A stretch of DNA of 64,000 nucleotides, from contig CAJUNH010000004.1 in assembly GCA_910587795.1 (NCBI GenBank), forward strand, positions 66,008-130,007. Direction: 5' to 3'. The position numbers were made by a program, and so were the translations under genes. This document shows, in pieces, positions 17,175 to 26,165 of the stretch. This DNA is from an uncultured Christensenellaceae bacterium (GTDB taxonomy: Bacteria > Bacillota > Clostridia > Christensenellales > CAG-314). Below the pieces are notes generated by a model. It was not told where the DNA came from. It did not search any database and saw only the letters and a program-made list of their open reading frames with translations. Within the stretch, counting starts at the first letter, position 1. Every line of letters begins with the position of its first letter.

Positions 17175-20100
17175 ATGAACTATACTTACTTAAATATGCC
17201 TGTAAAACCGGAAATGATAAAGGATGTAGATTACTCTCAATCCAATATCGGCGGCAATCCTACCGTAAATCTTGCAATCGGCCGCTTGCAATATGTTTTT
17301 CAGGACGCCGAAATAGGCGCTGCTAATTATGCAATAAATATCGCACACGTTTATAATAACAAGCTTAATAATAGGTTCGCCGGTAAAATTGCAGGTTTTG
17401 GCAATAATTGGAAGCTTAATTTATCGCAGTTTGTTATTGCAGATAACTACGACAGCTCAACCGGACGGTCCGTTTTAAAATATATGGACGAATCGGGCGA
17501 AATCCACCGTTACGTTTCGTTCGGCACAAACAAATGGTATAACGACCTTAAAGCGACAAGCATTATTCAAAAGATTAACGGCGAATACGTCTTGTCCGAC
17601 GGCGTAGGCAATAAACTGTACTTTAATTCCAACGGATATCTGTTTAAAAGCGTTTCCTGCCAAAACAATAGTATTGTTAAAGCGTACAACTATGATGAAA
17701 ACAGTCGGCTGACGTCCGTTTACGATCAAAGAACGCCGAATAATCGTATAAATTTATCGTATAACAGCAACGGCGCTTTGGACACAATGGTTGCTTACGT
17801 AAAAGACAGCCGCCCTGTAACGGGGTTTAGATACGCGTACGATACAAGCAATAACTTAACGGCTGTTTTTAAGATTGCGTACGGCAGTAATAACCAAGCA
17901 ATGGCAGAAAAACAAATACTGGAATTTTGCTACGAAGACGATAACCTTGTAATGATAATCGACACCGAAACAAAAGCGGCAAAACTGATCCGTTACGAGG
18001 ATGGAAAAGTTGGCAAATTATCCTGCGGGTTTGTAAAAGAAAACTGTATTGCAAGCGGAATGACGGACTCGGCAAACAATAGCCTTGCAGTAAGCGGCAA
18101 TTTGAAAAGCGGATTGTCTTGCGAACCGGATTTTATAGAAAAATCGTTTAATACGTTTAATTATATGTACATTTCTGCAAGTGATAATATTGCGGTCGAA
18201 GCGGAAGTAACAAACGAATGCAATATAACGCTTAGGTATTATATCGACCGTAAGGCATGTATAACTTCGTCGTTCGAGGTTGATAAAAGCTTTTCTAAAA
18301 AAGGAGAAAACTTAAAAACACTCGAAAAGTATGAAGGTCAAAATCCACCGTCGGAGTCTAATGAAGATTTGGGGTATATAAATGGTTGCAATATTTTTTC
18401 AAGAAACAAAAGAAACATTAATCTTACATTGTCTCCTTCAAATGTTGTAGACGGTAAGCCTGTGACTGTAAACTATAATTATTCGTTTTGGCTTAAAACA
18501 AAAAAGAATTACGATTTACTAGAAGTGACGGCGCATTTTAAAGCTGCCAATTGGACAATCGAACCGCTTTCCACAAATGCTATACTTGTAAATTCGCAGG
18601 CAATGGGTGCTTGGCAACGCGTAGTTATTCCGTTTTCAATGACTCAAAATAGCGATTATTCGTTAGAGGTTTCTTTTTGGGCGAATAAAAGCAAATGCAA
18701 TGATGATTTTGAAATTTGTTGTATAGGTATGGCTCCGGCAACTTGCGCCGAGCTTATGTTTAAGGCGAATGCAGAAACAGACGTACCGATGAGGAAGGCA
18801 ACACAGGTAAGGCTTACGTCGGTTGACGGCACGGAAGAATATATTGATATCGGCGCGGATTTTTATTTGACGGAAGCGGATATAATAAGCACCCATACAA
18901 ATAAACATAAAAACGGTGCCGACGTTTTCGACTTGATTTACTGCAACGGCACAAAACGCCGTTCTAATATAAAGGATATGCAATACGCTCTTCCGGCGTG
19001 CGGCTTTTCTAATTATGCCGGTTCTCAGCCTTTTTATATATATACCGCTTTCCCTGTAAACGACGCGTATATAAATACTCATTACAAATACGAAAAAGAC
19101 GGTTTTACCGTTAGAAGCGATTACATTAAATTTATCGGCGAAGAAGAATATAATTCCAGTACGTACGTAAAAATGGACTATACCGGAAAAACTATATTTG
19201 AAACAGACGAATACGGAACAAGAAAAGATTACCGATATAACGCCGACGGAACACTTAAACAGCTTAAAGTTTACAACGGGAACGATGTGCAAAGCCTGCA
19301 AAAGTTCGAGTACAAAGAGGGACTCCTTGTGTCCGTTGACGACGGACTTAATAAACGGCAGATACAGTATAACGAAGCTTTTCAGCCTAAAAAAATAAAA
19401 GACGTTTCTTACTGGAACTACGATATGCCGGATACCGAACGCTGCGTTACAAACAGTATAGGTATATTTAGGGACAGCTCCGTATGCGTTACGGAATACA
19501 GCGGACAAAATAACGCCGTTTCAAAACGTTTGACGTACGAAAACGGTCATATCCGCACGGTTGCGGATAACTTAGTTAAATACGGCGTACAGTATAACTT
19601 TTTAAAAGACTGCGTAACATACACCCAATTTGACGGCAATGCAGAAAAACCTATTCAGTTGGATGCAGTTTCGCCGTACTATCAAATAGACGAAAAATAT
19701 TACAAAACGCACACCGGTAAGTTTTATGACGAAACGGGCAAAATTATTGACGGTTCGTCCGTAGAAGTAGACGCGTACGGCAAACCCACGCGTTTGGCAA
19801 AAGGGTTATCGGGATTTTACCAATACGAAGGCGGCACTGCAAGGGAAATATACTCGTATACGTACCAAGATGTACAGGAAAGCGAATTTACAAAAAAACC
19901 GAGCGTTTGCAAAAACCTCGACGGCTATTCTGCTACGGAATATAAGTATGACAATGACGGCAATCTTATAGGCTGGAAAGAAACGGAATCGCAAAACACG
20001 GTATTTGAAGTCAAGCAAATTGCTCCAAACGCTACAAAATACAGCTTTGGAGATAACTTTCGTGAAGAGTATCTTATTAGAGCTGATTATGATATAAATA

Positions 20101-22001
20101 AAACGGCTGCGCCGCACATTGACAGTGTTGTTTTTCAAAGGGATACTTATACGGATATCGATAAACCGCAGGAAATATATACAATAAATTACAATAGGAC
20201 TAATTGGGGCGCGATAGATAACAGTGTAACTCAAACGGGTAATAAAGAAATATCCAAAGAAAAATACGATTATTTAAGCCTTCATAACAATATCTTGTTG
20301 AAGAAAACATCATACGAAAGTTCAAAAGCGTCAGTCGGTACAAATTCTACAAACTATGTGTACGACGAACTGCAATATTACGATAACGGACTCGTAAAAC
20401 AGGAAACCGTTACGCGTCAATTAAAAAGGGGACTAAAATTATTCGACCCGATTTTGTCCAGAAGAACCTACCAATACGACAATCTGCACAGGATTACAAA
20501 AGAGATAAATACGGGATTGCACGTTGACAGAACGTACAGCTATTATCCCGACGGACGGCTTAAAAGTATTTCCGGTTACAGTGACGACGTAAGAAACTTT
20601 GTATACGACTATAAAGGCAGACTTACGTCTATAAACGGAACCACAACGTTTGCCTACGACCATTTCGGCAACCGTATTTCCAAAACGGTAAACGGTGTAA
20701 CTACTAACTATAAATACGACGTGGGCGGAAGACTGGTGTCGGCAGGCAACGTAAATTACAGTTACAATGCAGACGGAATAAGGTGCAAAAAGACCGCTAT
20801 CGGCAGTGCCAAAGGCGAAAGAATGTATCTTGACGGCGGCAAGATTTTAGGCGAAGACAGAGCAAATTACGAACTGCGCTATCTCTACGACGTATCAGGA
20901 CTTAAAATTATACGTTTACATAAAAATAACACCTACTACAATTACGAATGTATAAAGGACAGCCAGGGCAGCATTGTAGCTATAATAAACTTGCGAGACA
21001 ATGTTTTGGCTGCTCAGTACGAATACGACGCATTAGGCAAGTGTACTGTACTAGTAAATGACGACGAAATGGCTGCAATTAACCCGTTTAGATGGAAAGG
21101 CTTTTTCTACGATTCGGAAACAGGCTTTTACTACGCCAACGGAAGCTACTACGATCCGGAAACGGGAATGTACGTAGACGCAGCCCCCGTATCAACAGTA
21201 ATAGACAATGCAGATTCGCCAAGGCATATTGACAGGAACGGCACACTATGCTACAATCATCTTGCTATTGCAGGCAGCCCGTATACTGTTTATACGGTGA
21301 CAGAATTGACTTTCGACTCGACTTATGGTAAGGATAATTTTTCTAATTGTACTCCTCCGGCATGGCTTGGATGGGCAATATCTGGCTTACAACTTGTGGC
21401 TGGTATAGGACTATTGTTTGTTCCAGGTGCTCAAGGTTTTGGGGTTTCAATGATTGTTGGCGGAGTGATAGGACTTGCGAGTAATGCTTTGGGAAGTAGT
21501 ATAGGCGGAGGCATTGTCTCAATGGTTAATGGTGGAGGAGCAATAGGTGTTGGCTCAAGTTTGCTTGGATTGGGACCTTTTGGTTGGATAGCAGGAGGAA
21601 TGTTAATTGCTATTGGAGCAGGTACAATGGCTTTTGGAGCAAATGAAATTGCTTACGGAATTACTGGAACAAACTTTATTCAAGAGTGGACAGGCATGAG
21701 TGAACTAATGTATAGTGGTTTATACCTTGGTTTGAATATTGGTTCTGCTATTGGACAAATTGCAGGTAGAGCGTATCATCTGTACGCAACTAGAACTCCA
21801 ATTTATGGTAGGGATGGTTCGCTGAATAGATATAGATATTCTGACTTGAGAGGAAGACCATTATATGACTATGATTTTCCACATGGGAATATAAATTTTA
21901 ATCACTACCATGGTTGGGCTGGTCCTGGACTTAACGGGCGAACAAACGGTCAACATTGGGGATATTGGCGCTTTCTTTGGTGGTTATTGACAAGGAGATG
22001 A
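17175..22001 (+). CDS. Rhs/YD-repeat polymorphic toxin 2 with glycine-zipper-rich hydrophobic C-terminal extension
   Basis: 1608 aa with YD repeats (YNADGTLKQLKVYNG, YYPDGRLKSISGY, YDYKGRLTSING, YDHFGNRISK). The core-closing block is QGSIVAIINLRDNVLAAQYEYDALGK...NPFRWKGFFYDSETGFYYANGSYYDPETGMYVDAAP. A 270-aa C-terminal region starts at nt 21189. It contains ~130 aa of Gly-rich hydrophobic sequence and a His/Trp-rich tail (DFPHGNINFNHYHGW). RBS GAGGA. No recognisable export domain. Confidence 0.85.
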   Translation: MNYTYLNMPVKPEMIKDVDYSQSNIGGNPTVNLAIGRLQYVFQDAEIGAANYAINIAHVYNNKLNNRFAGKIAGFGNNWKLNLSQFVIADNYDSSTGRSVLKYMDESGEIHRYVSFGTNKWYNDLKATSIIQKINGEYVLSDGVGNKLYFNSNGYLFKSVSCQNNSIVKAYNYDENSRLTSVYDQRTPNNRINLSYNSNGALDTMVAYVKDSRPVTGFRYAYDTSNNLTAVFKIAYGSNNQAMAEKQILEFCYEDDNLVMIIDTETKAAKLIRYEDGKVGKLSCGFVKENCIASGMTDSANNSLAVSGNLKSGLSCEPDFIEKSFNTFNYMYISASDNIAVEAEVTNECNITLRYYIDRKACITSSFEVDKSFSKKGENLKTLEKYEGQNPPSESNEDLGYINGCNIFSRNKRNINLTLSPSNVVDGKPVTVNYNYSFWLKTKKNYDLLEVTAHFKAANWTIEPLSTNAILVNSQAMGAWQRVVIPFSMTQNSDYSLEVSFWANKSKCNDDFEICCIGMAPATCAELMFKANAETDVPMRKATQVRLTSVDGTEEYIDIGADFYLTEADIISTHTNKHKNGADVFDLIYCNGTKRRSNIKDMQYALPACGFSNYAGSQPFYIYTAFPVNDAYINTHYKYEKDGFTVRSDYIKFIGEEEYNSSTYVKMDYTGKTIFETDEYGTRKDYRYNADGTLKQLKVYNGNDVQSLQKFEYKEGLLVSVDDGLNKRQIQYNEAFQPKKIKDVSYWNYDMPDTERCVTNSIGIFRDSSVCVTEYSGQNNAVSKRLTYENGHIRTVADNLVKYGVQYNFLKDCVTYTQFDGNAEKPIQLDAVSPYYQIDEKYYKTHTGKFYDETGKIIDGSSVEVDAYGKPTRLAKGLSGFYQYEGGTAREIYSYTYQDVQESEFTKKPSVCKNLDGYSATEYKYDNDGNLIGWKETESQNTVFEVKQIAPNATKYSFGDNFREEYLIRADYDINKTAAPHIDSVVFQRDTYTDIDKPQEIYTINYNRTNWGAIDNSVTQTGNKEISKEKYDYLSLHNNILLKKTSYESSKASVGTNSTNYVYDELQYYDNGLVKQETVTRQLKRGLKLFDPILSRRTYQYDNLHRITKEINTGLHVDRTYSYYPDGRLKSISGYSDDVRNFVYDYKGRLTSINGTTTFAYDHFGNRISKTVNGVTTNYKYDVGGRLVSAGNVNYSYNADGIRCKKTAIGSAKGERMYLDGGKILGEDRANYELRYLYDVSGLKIIRLHKNNTYYNYECIKDSQGSIVAIINLRDNVLAAQYEYDALGKCTVLVNDDEMAAINPFRWKGFFYDSETGFYYANGSYYDPETGMYVDAAPVSTVIDNADSPRHIDRNGTLCYNHLAIAGSPYTVYTVTELTFDSTYGKDNFSNCTPPAWLGWAISGLQLVAGIGLLFVPGAQGFGVSMIVGGVIGLASNALGSSIGGGIVSMVNGGGAIGVGSSLLGLGPFGWIAGGMLIAIGAGTMAFGANEIAYGITGTNFIQEWTGMSELMYSGLYLGLNIGSAIGQIAGRAYHLYATRTPIYGRDGSLNRYRYSDLRGRPLYDYDFPHGNINFNHYHGWAGPGLNGRTNGQHWGYWRFLWWLLTRR

Positions 22002-22005
22002 CTTT

Positions 22006-22386
22006 ATGTATAAATGGGTTCAAAAAAAAGAGAGAAAAATACAATCTCTAAGAGAAATGCCTTATGATAGTTTATCCGTATGTGAAAAGCTTGAAATTGT
22101 TCAAAACAAATTAAGCAGATACCCGAGAATAGAAAAAATTAGCTATGAAGAGTTTGAATTGGCTTGTTTGGCTAATTGGGAGTTAGATTTTGATGTTCGT
22201 GGGGTAGGGTATGAAATTGTCCATATTACCGAAAATAAAGTGTGTTTTCTTATCGACGTTAAGAAAATAAACGGCAAATGCACCTGGTTCAAAGAAGAAA
22301 CCTATGCAACATCAGCAGAATTACTTGAGAAGGTTAGAATATACGGACAAACAATCAAACAAATATGGGATGAAGTGACTTGTTAA
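22006..22386 (+). CDS. Candidate immunity protein 2 (126 aa)
   Basis: It starts 4 nt after the rhs stop. It is a small acidic cytoplasmic protein in the position of a cognate immunity gene. Confidence 0.5.
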   Translation: MYKWVQKKERKIQSLREMPYDSLSVCEKLEIVQNKLSRYPRIEKISYEEFELACLANWELDFDVRGVGYEIVHITENKVCFLIDVKKINGKCTWFKEETYATSAELLEKVRIYGQTIKQIWDEVTC

Positions 22387-22390
22387 TTAA

Positions 22391-22903
22391 TTTTCTATCG
22401 GTATAGGCTTTGCAGTAGCGGGTTGGGCAATAAGTTCTGCAATTTCAGGTAATTGGAGCGTAAATGCCTTAAATGATGCTGTTGCAGATGCAATATTCTT
22501 TGCTGGCGTATTCCTATTTATATCCACTAGCGTAAGCGCGATTAAGTACGCGTACAGAGCGGATCCGTATCCTATGGCTGAAGCATATCCACCAAACAAT
22601 GGAGCTGTTCCTGGCACTGAAGAAATGATAACATTGGAACCTGGTGTATATGGGCGATATGGTGGAGTTGGTCCTAAGAGTAGATATATTACTAATTATG
22701 GTGCTTCACCAGAGCAATTGTCCTTGCCACCAAGCAATAATAGAATTTTTACAGAAATACATGTTCTCAAGCCAATTAAGCATGTACAAAAAGCGATTGT
22801 TGCCCCATGGGCACCTTGGGGAGGTATTGGTGGCGGTCAACAATACTATTTGCCCAAAACAATAGAGAAACTAATTAAAGGAGGATTTATCCGATTAGGA
22901 TGA
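22391..22903 (+). CDS. Orphan (start-less) toxin module: hydrophobic linker + TNT-family NAD+ glycohydrolase domain
   Basis: There are 171 sense codons directly after TAA (22388-22390), with no start codon or RBS at the 5' end. FSIGIGFAVAGWAISSAISG... is followed by YPPNNGAVPGTEE.ITLEPG...RYGG......LPP......VLKPI.....APWAPWGGIGGGQQYYLPKTIEKLIKGG. This matches the TNT (tuberculosis necrotizing toxin) domain pattern, including the RYG and GGGQQY blocks. Confidence 0.75.
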   Translation, partial: FSIGIGFAVAGWAISSAISGNWSVNALNDAVADAIFFAGVFLFISTSVSAIKYAYRADPYPMAEAYPPNNGAVPGTEEMITLEPGVYGRYGGVGPKSRYITNYGASPEQLSLPPSNNRIFTEIHVLKPIKHVQKAIVAPWAPWGGIGGGQQYYLPKTIEKLIKGGFIRLG

Positions 22904-23238
22904 TAAAGTACAATACTCAAAACGAAATTAGATTATTAAAAATGGCAATAGGCAACATTCAGGATTTTGGCGATCATTTTGTGGCGTATAATACGGAATT
23001 CTTGGGCACTAGTACTAATGATAATTTTATTATAAATGGTAAAAATACTAAAGATGCGGAAAGTCTGGATGAAATTTGTTTTGGTTACGATATGTATGAC
23101 CAATTGCAGTTGCTGGACTTATACGTTACTTCTGCGGGGACCAAATTTGCTTCTACAGAAATAATGATGGGCGTATATGGATATTGGTTGGTAACTATAC
23201 CACAAAAAAAGAAAGATAACTCAAAGTTACTATCGTAA
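22900..23238 (+). CDS. Candidate immunity protein 3 (for the TNT module, 112 aa)
   Basis: ATGA overlap with the TNT stop; a small protein in the immunity position. Confidence 0.5.
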   Translation: MIKYNTQNEIRLLKMAIGNIQDFGDHFVAYNTEFLGTSTNDNFIINGKNTKDAESLDEICFGYDMYDQLQLLDLYVTSAGTKFASTEIMMGVYGYWLVTIPQKKKDNSKLLS

Positions 23239-23251
23239 TAATTTTAATTAT

Positions 23252-23328
23252 ACGCCAAGAAAAGCTCCCGAAAGCGAGGACAGTAAAGACGGCATAGAGG
23301 TACACAAAGTACCTTTGTGCCGTCTTTT
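23252..23328 (+). terminator. Conserved 77-nt element, copy 3 (2 substitutions)
   Basis: ACGCCAAGAAAAgCTCCCGAAAGCGAGGACaGTAAAGACGGCATAGAGGTACACAAAGTACCTTTGTGCCGTCTTTT. Here there is no com gene upstream, and an RBS plus ATG (23368) lie downstream. Confidence 0.7.
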
Positions 23329-23367
23329 AATTTAAAACAAAAAAATAAATATAAAGGAGAAAAAATT

Positions 23368-23601
23368 ATGGAATTCAAAGACAGAAAAGCAACCAATCCG
23401 GGAAGGGTAATTTTGAAAGACGTGCAAACAAACGCGCAGACTACTTACGATATTATTCTTGCGGATAACCCGACCGAGCAAGGCACTCCGCTTAACAAGC
23501 AAACAATGGACACTTTTAAAGCGGATGTTCTCAACGAAGTGCAAGCCAAATTCGACGGTACGTTTGTTTTATCCGGTACTACACTTACTATAAAGTTATA
23601 G
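23368..23601 (+). CDS. Phage tail-fibre N-terminus-like small protein (77 aa)
   Basis: MEFKDRKATNPGRVILKDV...DNPTEQGTPLNKQTMDTFKADVLNEV resembles the conserved N-terminus of Firmicutes prophage tail-fibre proteins (KDR...NPGR..L....GT.LNK). I start at the ATG after AAAGGAGAAAA. The listed GTG at 23317 lies in the hairpin. Confidence 0.45.
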   Translation: MEFKDRKATNPGRVILKDVQTNAQTTYDIILADNPTEQGTPLNKQTMDTFKADVLNEVQAKFDGTFVLSGTTLTIKL

Positions 23602-23610
23602 GAGGTAATT

Positions 23611-24330
23611 ATGTCGATAAAAATAAACGGTGTAGAGCCGCAAAAAATACTTGTAGACGAAAACGGCAAGATAACCGAATTAACTCGTTTAAAAGTGTAT
23701 AAAGACGGACAATACAAGTGCGGTTGGACAAAACCGTATACGCTGACAATATCTAGGGGCGGCCACAGTACGGTAACCGTAGGTTATAAAGCAGACAAAG
23801 ATTCGCCCATAACCAAAGAGCTGTATAACGGAAACACCATTACGCACGGCTGCTACTTAAATATTGCGGTAACGGGACACCAAGGTTATTCCGTAACATG
23901 GAAAATCAACGGGGTTACTCAATCTTCCGCAAATGCGGTAATAGAGGTTACGGATAATATAAATATATCCGTTACGGAAACGGTTAATATAGTGTATTTA
24001 TCATATCCGGTTATTTCCGGTACGTTTACTTACAATTCGTCCGCAAACTCTTATTATTTAACGTACAGCGTAACAAATAAAAACTCTTGCGAGGTTAATG
24101 CAAATACAGCAGTGTACTCGGACGGCGACTGTTTAGACGGCTCTCGCTCGGTAAGTATTCCGGCAAATTCTACTTGGACGTGCAAGCACGGCGAAATGTA
24201 CAGCATGGGCGCAAAAGTTACGGCAGCGTTTAGCTGTTCGGGATACGGAGACTCTTCCTCTTCGACAACGTTCGGCAAATATACCGGCGCTGCCGGCTCT
24301 CCCGACGAAACTACGACTACTACGTCCTAA
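23611..24330 (+). CDS. Hypothetical protein, beta-rich with Ser/Thr-rich tail (239 aa)
   Basis: RBS AGGAGG. The N-terminus MSIKINGVEPQKILVDENGKITEL is of a kind seen in phage tail-associated proteins. No motif could be assigned. Confidence 0.4.
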   Translation: MSIKINGVEPQKILVDENGKITELTRLKVYKDGQYKCGWTKPYTLTISRGGHSTVTVGYKADKDSPITKELYNGNTITHGCYLNIAVTGHQGYSVTWKINGVTQSSANAVIEVTDNINISVTETVNIVYLSYPVISGTFTYNSSANSYYLTYSVTNKNSCEVNANTAVYSDGDCLDGSRSVSIPANSTWTCKHGEMYSMGAKVTAAFSCSGYGDSSSSTTFGKYTGAAGSPDETTTTTS

Positions 24331-24341
24331 GGAGAAAAATT

Positions 24342-24578
24342 ATGATAAGACCTATAGAAAATTTTGTAGAAGTTGAAACGCGGGGAAATTTTTCCTTGTG
24401 GATTAACAAACCGATTTATAAAATATACAAAACCACTTGCGGATACGTAAGGAATACGCGCACCGGCGAAAATATGGGACAAACGGTAAATTTACATTTA
24501 AACCTATATGATGACAACAACAATAAACTTGCAGTTGCAAGTTACGACGAAGATTGCTATGAGATTGCGGAGGAATAA
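24342..24578 (+). CDS. Hypothetical protein (78 aa)
   Basis: RBS AAGGAGAAAA; tightly packed within the operon. Confidence 0.4.
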   Translation: MIRPIENFVEVETRGNFSLWINKPIYKIYKTTCGYVRNTRTGENMGQTVNLHLNLYDDNNNKLAVASYDEDCYEIAEE

Positions 24579-24580
24579 AT

Positions 24581-25282
24581 ATGACTGAGCAGTTTATAAA
24601 CGATTTAAAATCGTCGCCGTACTACGAGCGCATTTTTAACGGACACGACGTTATTATGATAGCTTTAACGGGTTCTCGGCTGATAGGCGTTGTCGACGAA
24701 CGAAGCGATTTTGATTTACTGGTAGTTACAAACGATAAAGACAGAGAGGAATACGTTGATGAATTTTTAACTTATTACTCTAAAAAAGTACATTGGCATT
24801 ATGTTCCTGTACAAAAACTTATTTCCAACGAGGACGGCAACTTGCTTACTTGCAACGGCGAAGTGGAATTTGTAGGGTTGTGCGAACAAAAGATTTTGTA
24901 TGCCGATACGAAGTATTACAGTATTGTAAAGTACTTGATAGAAAATAAAAATACTGTTGCTTTGGTGGGAGCATACGGTTTGGTTCGCTTTCACAGCGAC
25001 CTTATATACAGAATTTTAAGCGCAAACCAAATTAAGCAGCAAGATTATTGCAAATATATCTATCACTTGTGTTTTGCGTCCTACGTGCTTTTGGGCGAAA
25101 CTCCCGACAAAAGTTTTTTAGGCGAAATAAAACGTATACGGTGGAGAACGGTAGCCGATGAATATAAAAGTTTTGCAGTGGAGCGTATTAGGCTGTTACG
25201 CGATTATGCGGCGGAAAATCCTTTGGATCTTAAAAGTATAATTTATCAATTCAATCACGGTATTAGCATAATACTTAACTGA
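24581..25282 (+). CDS. Nucleotidyltransferase-domain protein (N-terminal NTase + helical C-domain)
   Basis: 233 aa. The motif is IALTGSRLIGVVDERSDFDLLVVT (GS...DxD), and the layout is KNTase/RlaP-like. Confidence 0.6.
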   Translation: MTEQFINDLKSSPYYERIFNGHDVIMIALTGSRLIGVVDERSDFDLLVVTNDKDREEYVDEFLTYYSKKVHWHYVPVQKLISNEDGNLLTCNGEVEFVGLCEQKILYADTKYYSIVKYLIENKNTVALVGAYGLVRFHSDLIYRILSANQIKQQDYCKYIYHLCFASYVLLGETPDKSFLGEIKRIRWRTVADEYKSFAVERIRLLRDYAAENPLDLKSIIYQFNHGISIILN

Positions 25283-25296
25283 AAACGATTTTGTAA

Positions 25297-25330
25297 AACC
25301 GCCGATTTATGTTTTATCGGCGGTTGTTTT
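25297..25330 (+). terminator. Rho-independent terminator
   Basis: The 10-bp stem is AACCGCCGAT/ATCGGCGGTT, followed by GTTTT. Confidence 0.65.
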
Positions 25331-25346
25331 AATAAAGGAGACGATT

Positions 25347-26165
25347 ATGACAGTTTTACATAACAAAATATATAACCCGAAAATTGACTATTTAATTTGC
25401 AAGCAACTGGTAAAAACTTTGCCCGAAAGGTACGACGAGGATAAAATGAGAATTTGTTACCGAAACAATAAAGCGGAAAAACCTTATGAAAAAGATTTAA
25501 TAAACATAAAAGCTTTTTTTGAACGGAACGACGTTTTGCAATGCACAAATAATACGGTTAAAGATTTATACAGGCTTTGCACTAACGAAAACATATTATT
25601 TAAAGACGAAGATATTGCTATTGCGGTGCAAAAAGACATACGCGATATTGCGGCTTTTGTAAACGGAATAGAGTGTAACAGAAACGTTTTGTTTCAAATA
25701 TTATTTCTTTTACATTATCTTGTAAAAAACAATTTGCCTATAATACCCTATGCATCATTGTGCGGCAGTTTGTTTTATGCTATAAGCGCCAGAGAGGATT
25801 TTGACGCGGCGGCGATTTACGGCAAACTGCAAAAGCAGGCTGAAAAATATTTAACAAAACATAATATCGAAGACGGGGAAAATTGCATTAAACTGTTTAA
25901 TAAATATGCGGACGATTTTTTGGCGGAAATAGATGCGGTTAAGGTTGGCTATTACGGATCTTACGCGCGGGGCAACGCAAACGAATACAGCGATTTTGAT
26001 ATTTTAACCGTTTTTACGGATGAAAAGGTTTTACCCTTGTGTAAAATAAAAGCATTGGAGTTTTGGCGAGCTAAACTGCCTATTAAGGTTGATGTTGCCG
26101 TTATAAACCAAAGTAATTTTGACGATCTTCCGCAGGGAATCAGACGCTCGGTTAAGTTTGTATAA
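25347..26165 (+). CDS. Helical-domain + MNT-like nucleotidyltransferase fusion, paralog of 9549-10457
   Basis: 272 aa. The C-terminal motif is VGYYGSYARGNANEYSDFDILTVF. The N-terminal helical domain has a possible degenerate Fic-like segment (AAFVNGIECNRNVLFQILFLLHYLVKNNLPII). Confidence 0.6.
   Translation: MTVLHNKIYNPKIDYLICKQLVKTLPERYDEDKMRICYRNNKAEKPYEKDLINIKAFFERNDVLQCTNNTVKDLYRLCTNENILFKDEDIAIAVQKDIRDIAAFVNGIECNRNVLFQILFLLHYLVKNNLPIIPYASLCGSLFYAISAREDFDAAAIYGKLQKQAEKYLTKHNIEDGENCIKLFNKYADDFLAEIDAVKVGYYGSYARGNANEYSDFDILTVFTDEKVLPLCKIKALEFWRAKLPIKVDVAVINQSNFDDLPQGIRRSVKFV

Noticed and set aside
18663-19508. 281-aa ORF on the minus strand inside the second rhs gene, and similar ORFs at 12551-12937, 19806-20234 and 17475-17729.
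   Set aside because: They are entirely antisense to a long, well-supported YD-repeat gene. They have no RBS and low-complexity, odd composition, so they are shadow ORFs.
22387-22617. 76-aa minus-strand ORF between immunity gene 2 and the TNT domain.
   Set aside because: The plus strand here is an uninterrupted frame continuous with the TNT domain and encodes a sensible hydrophobic linker. The minus-strand ORF lacks an RBS.
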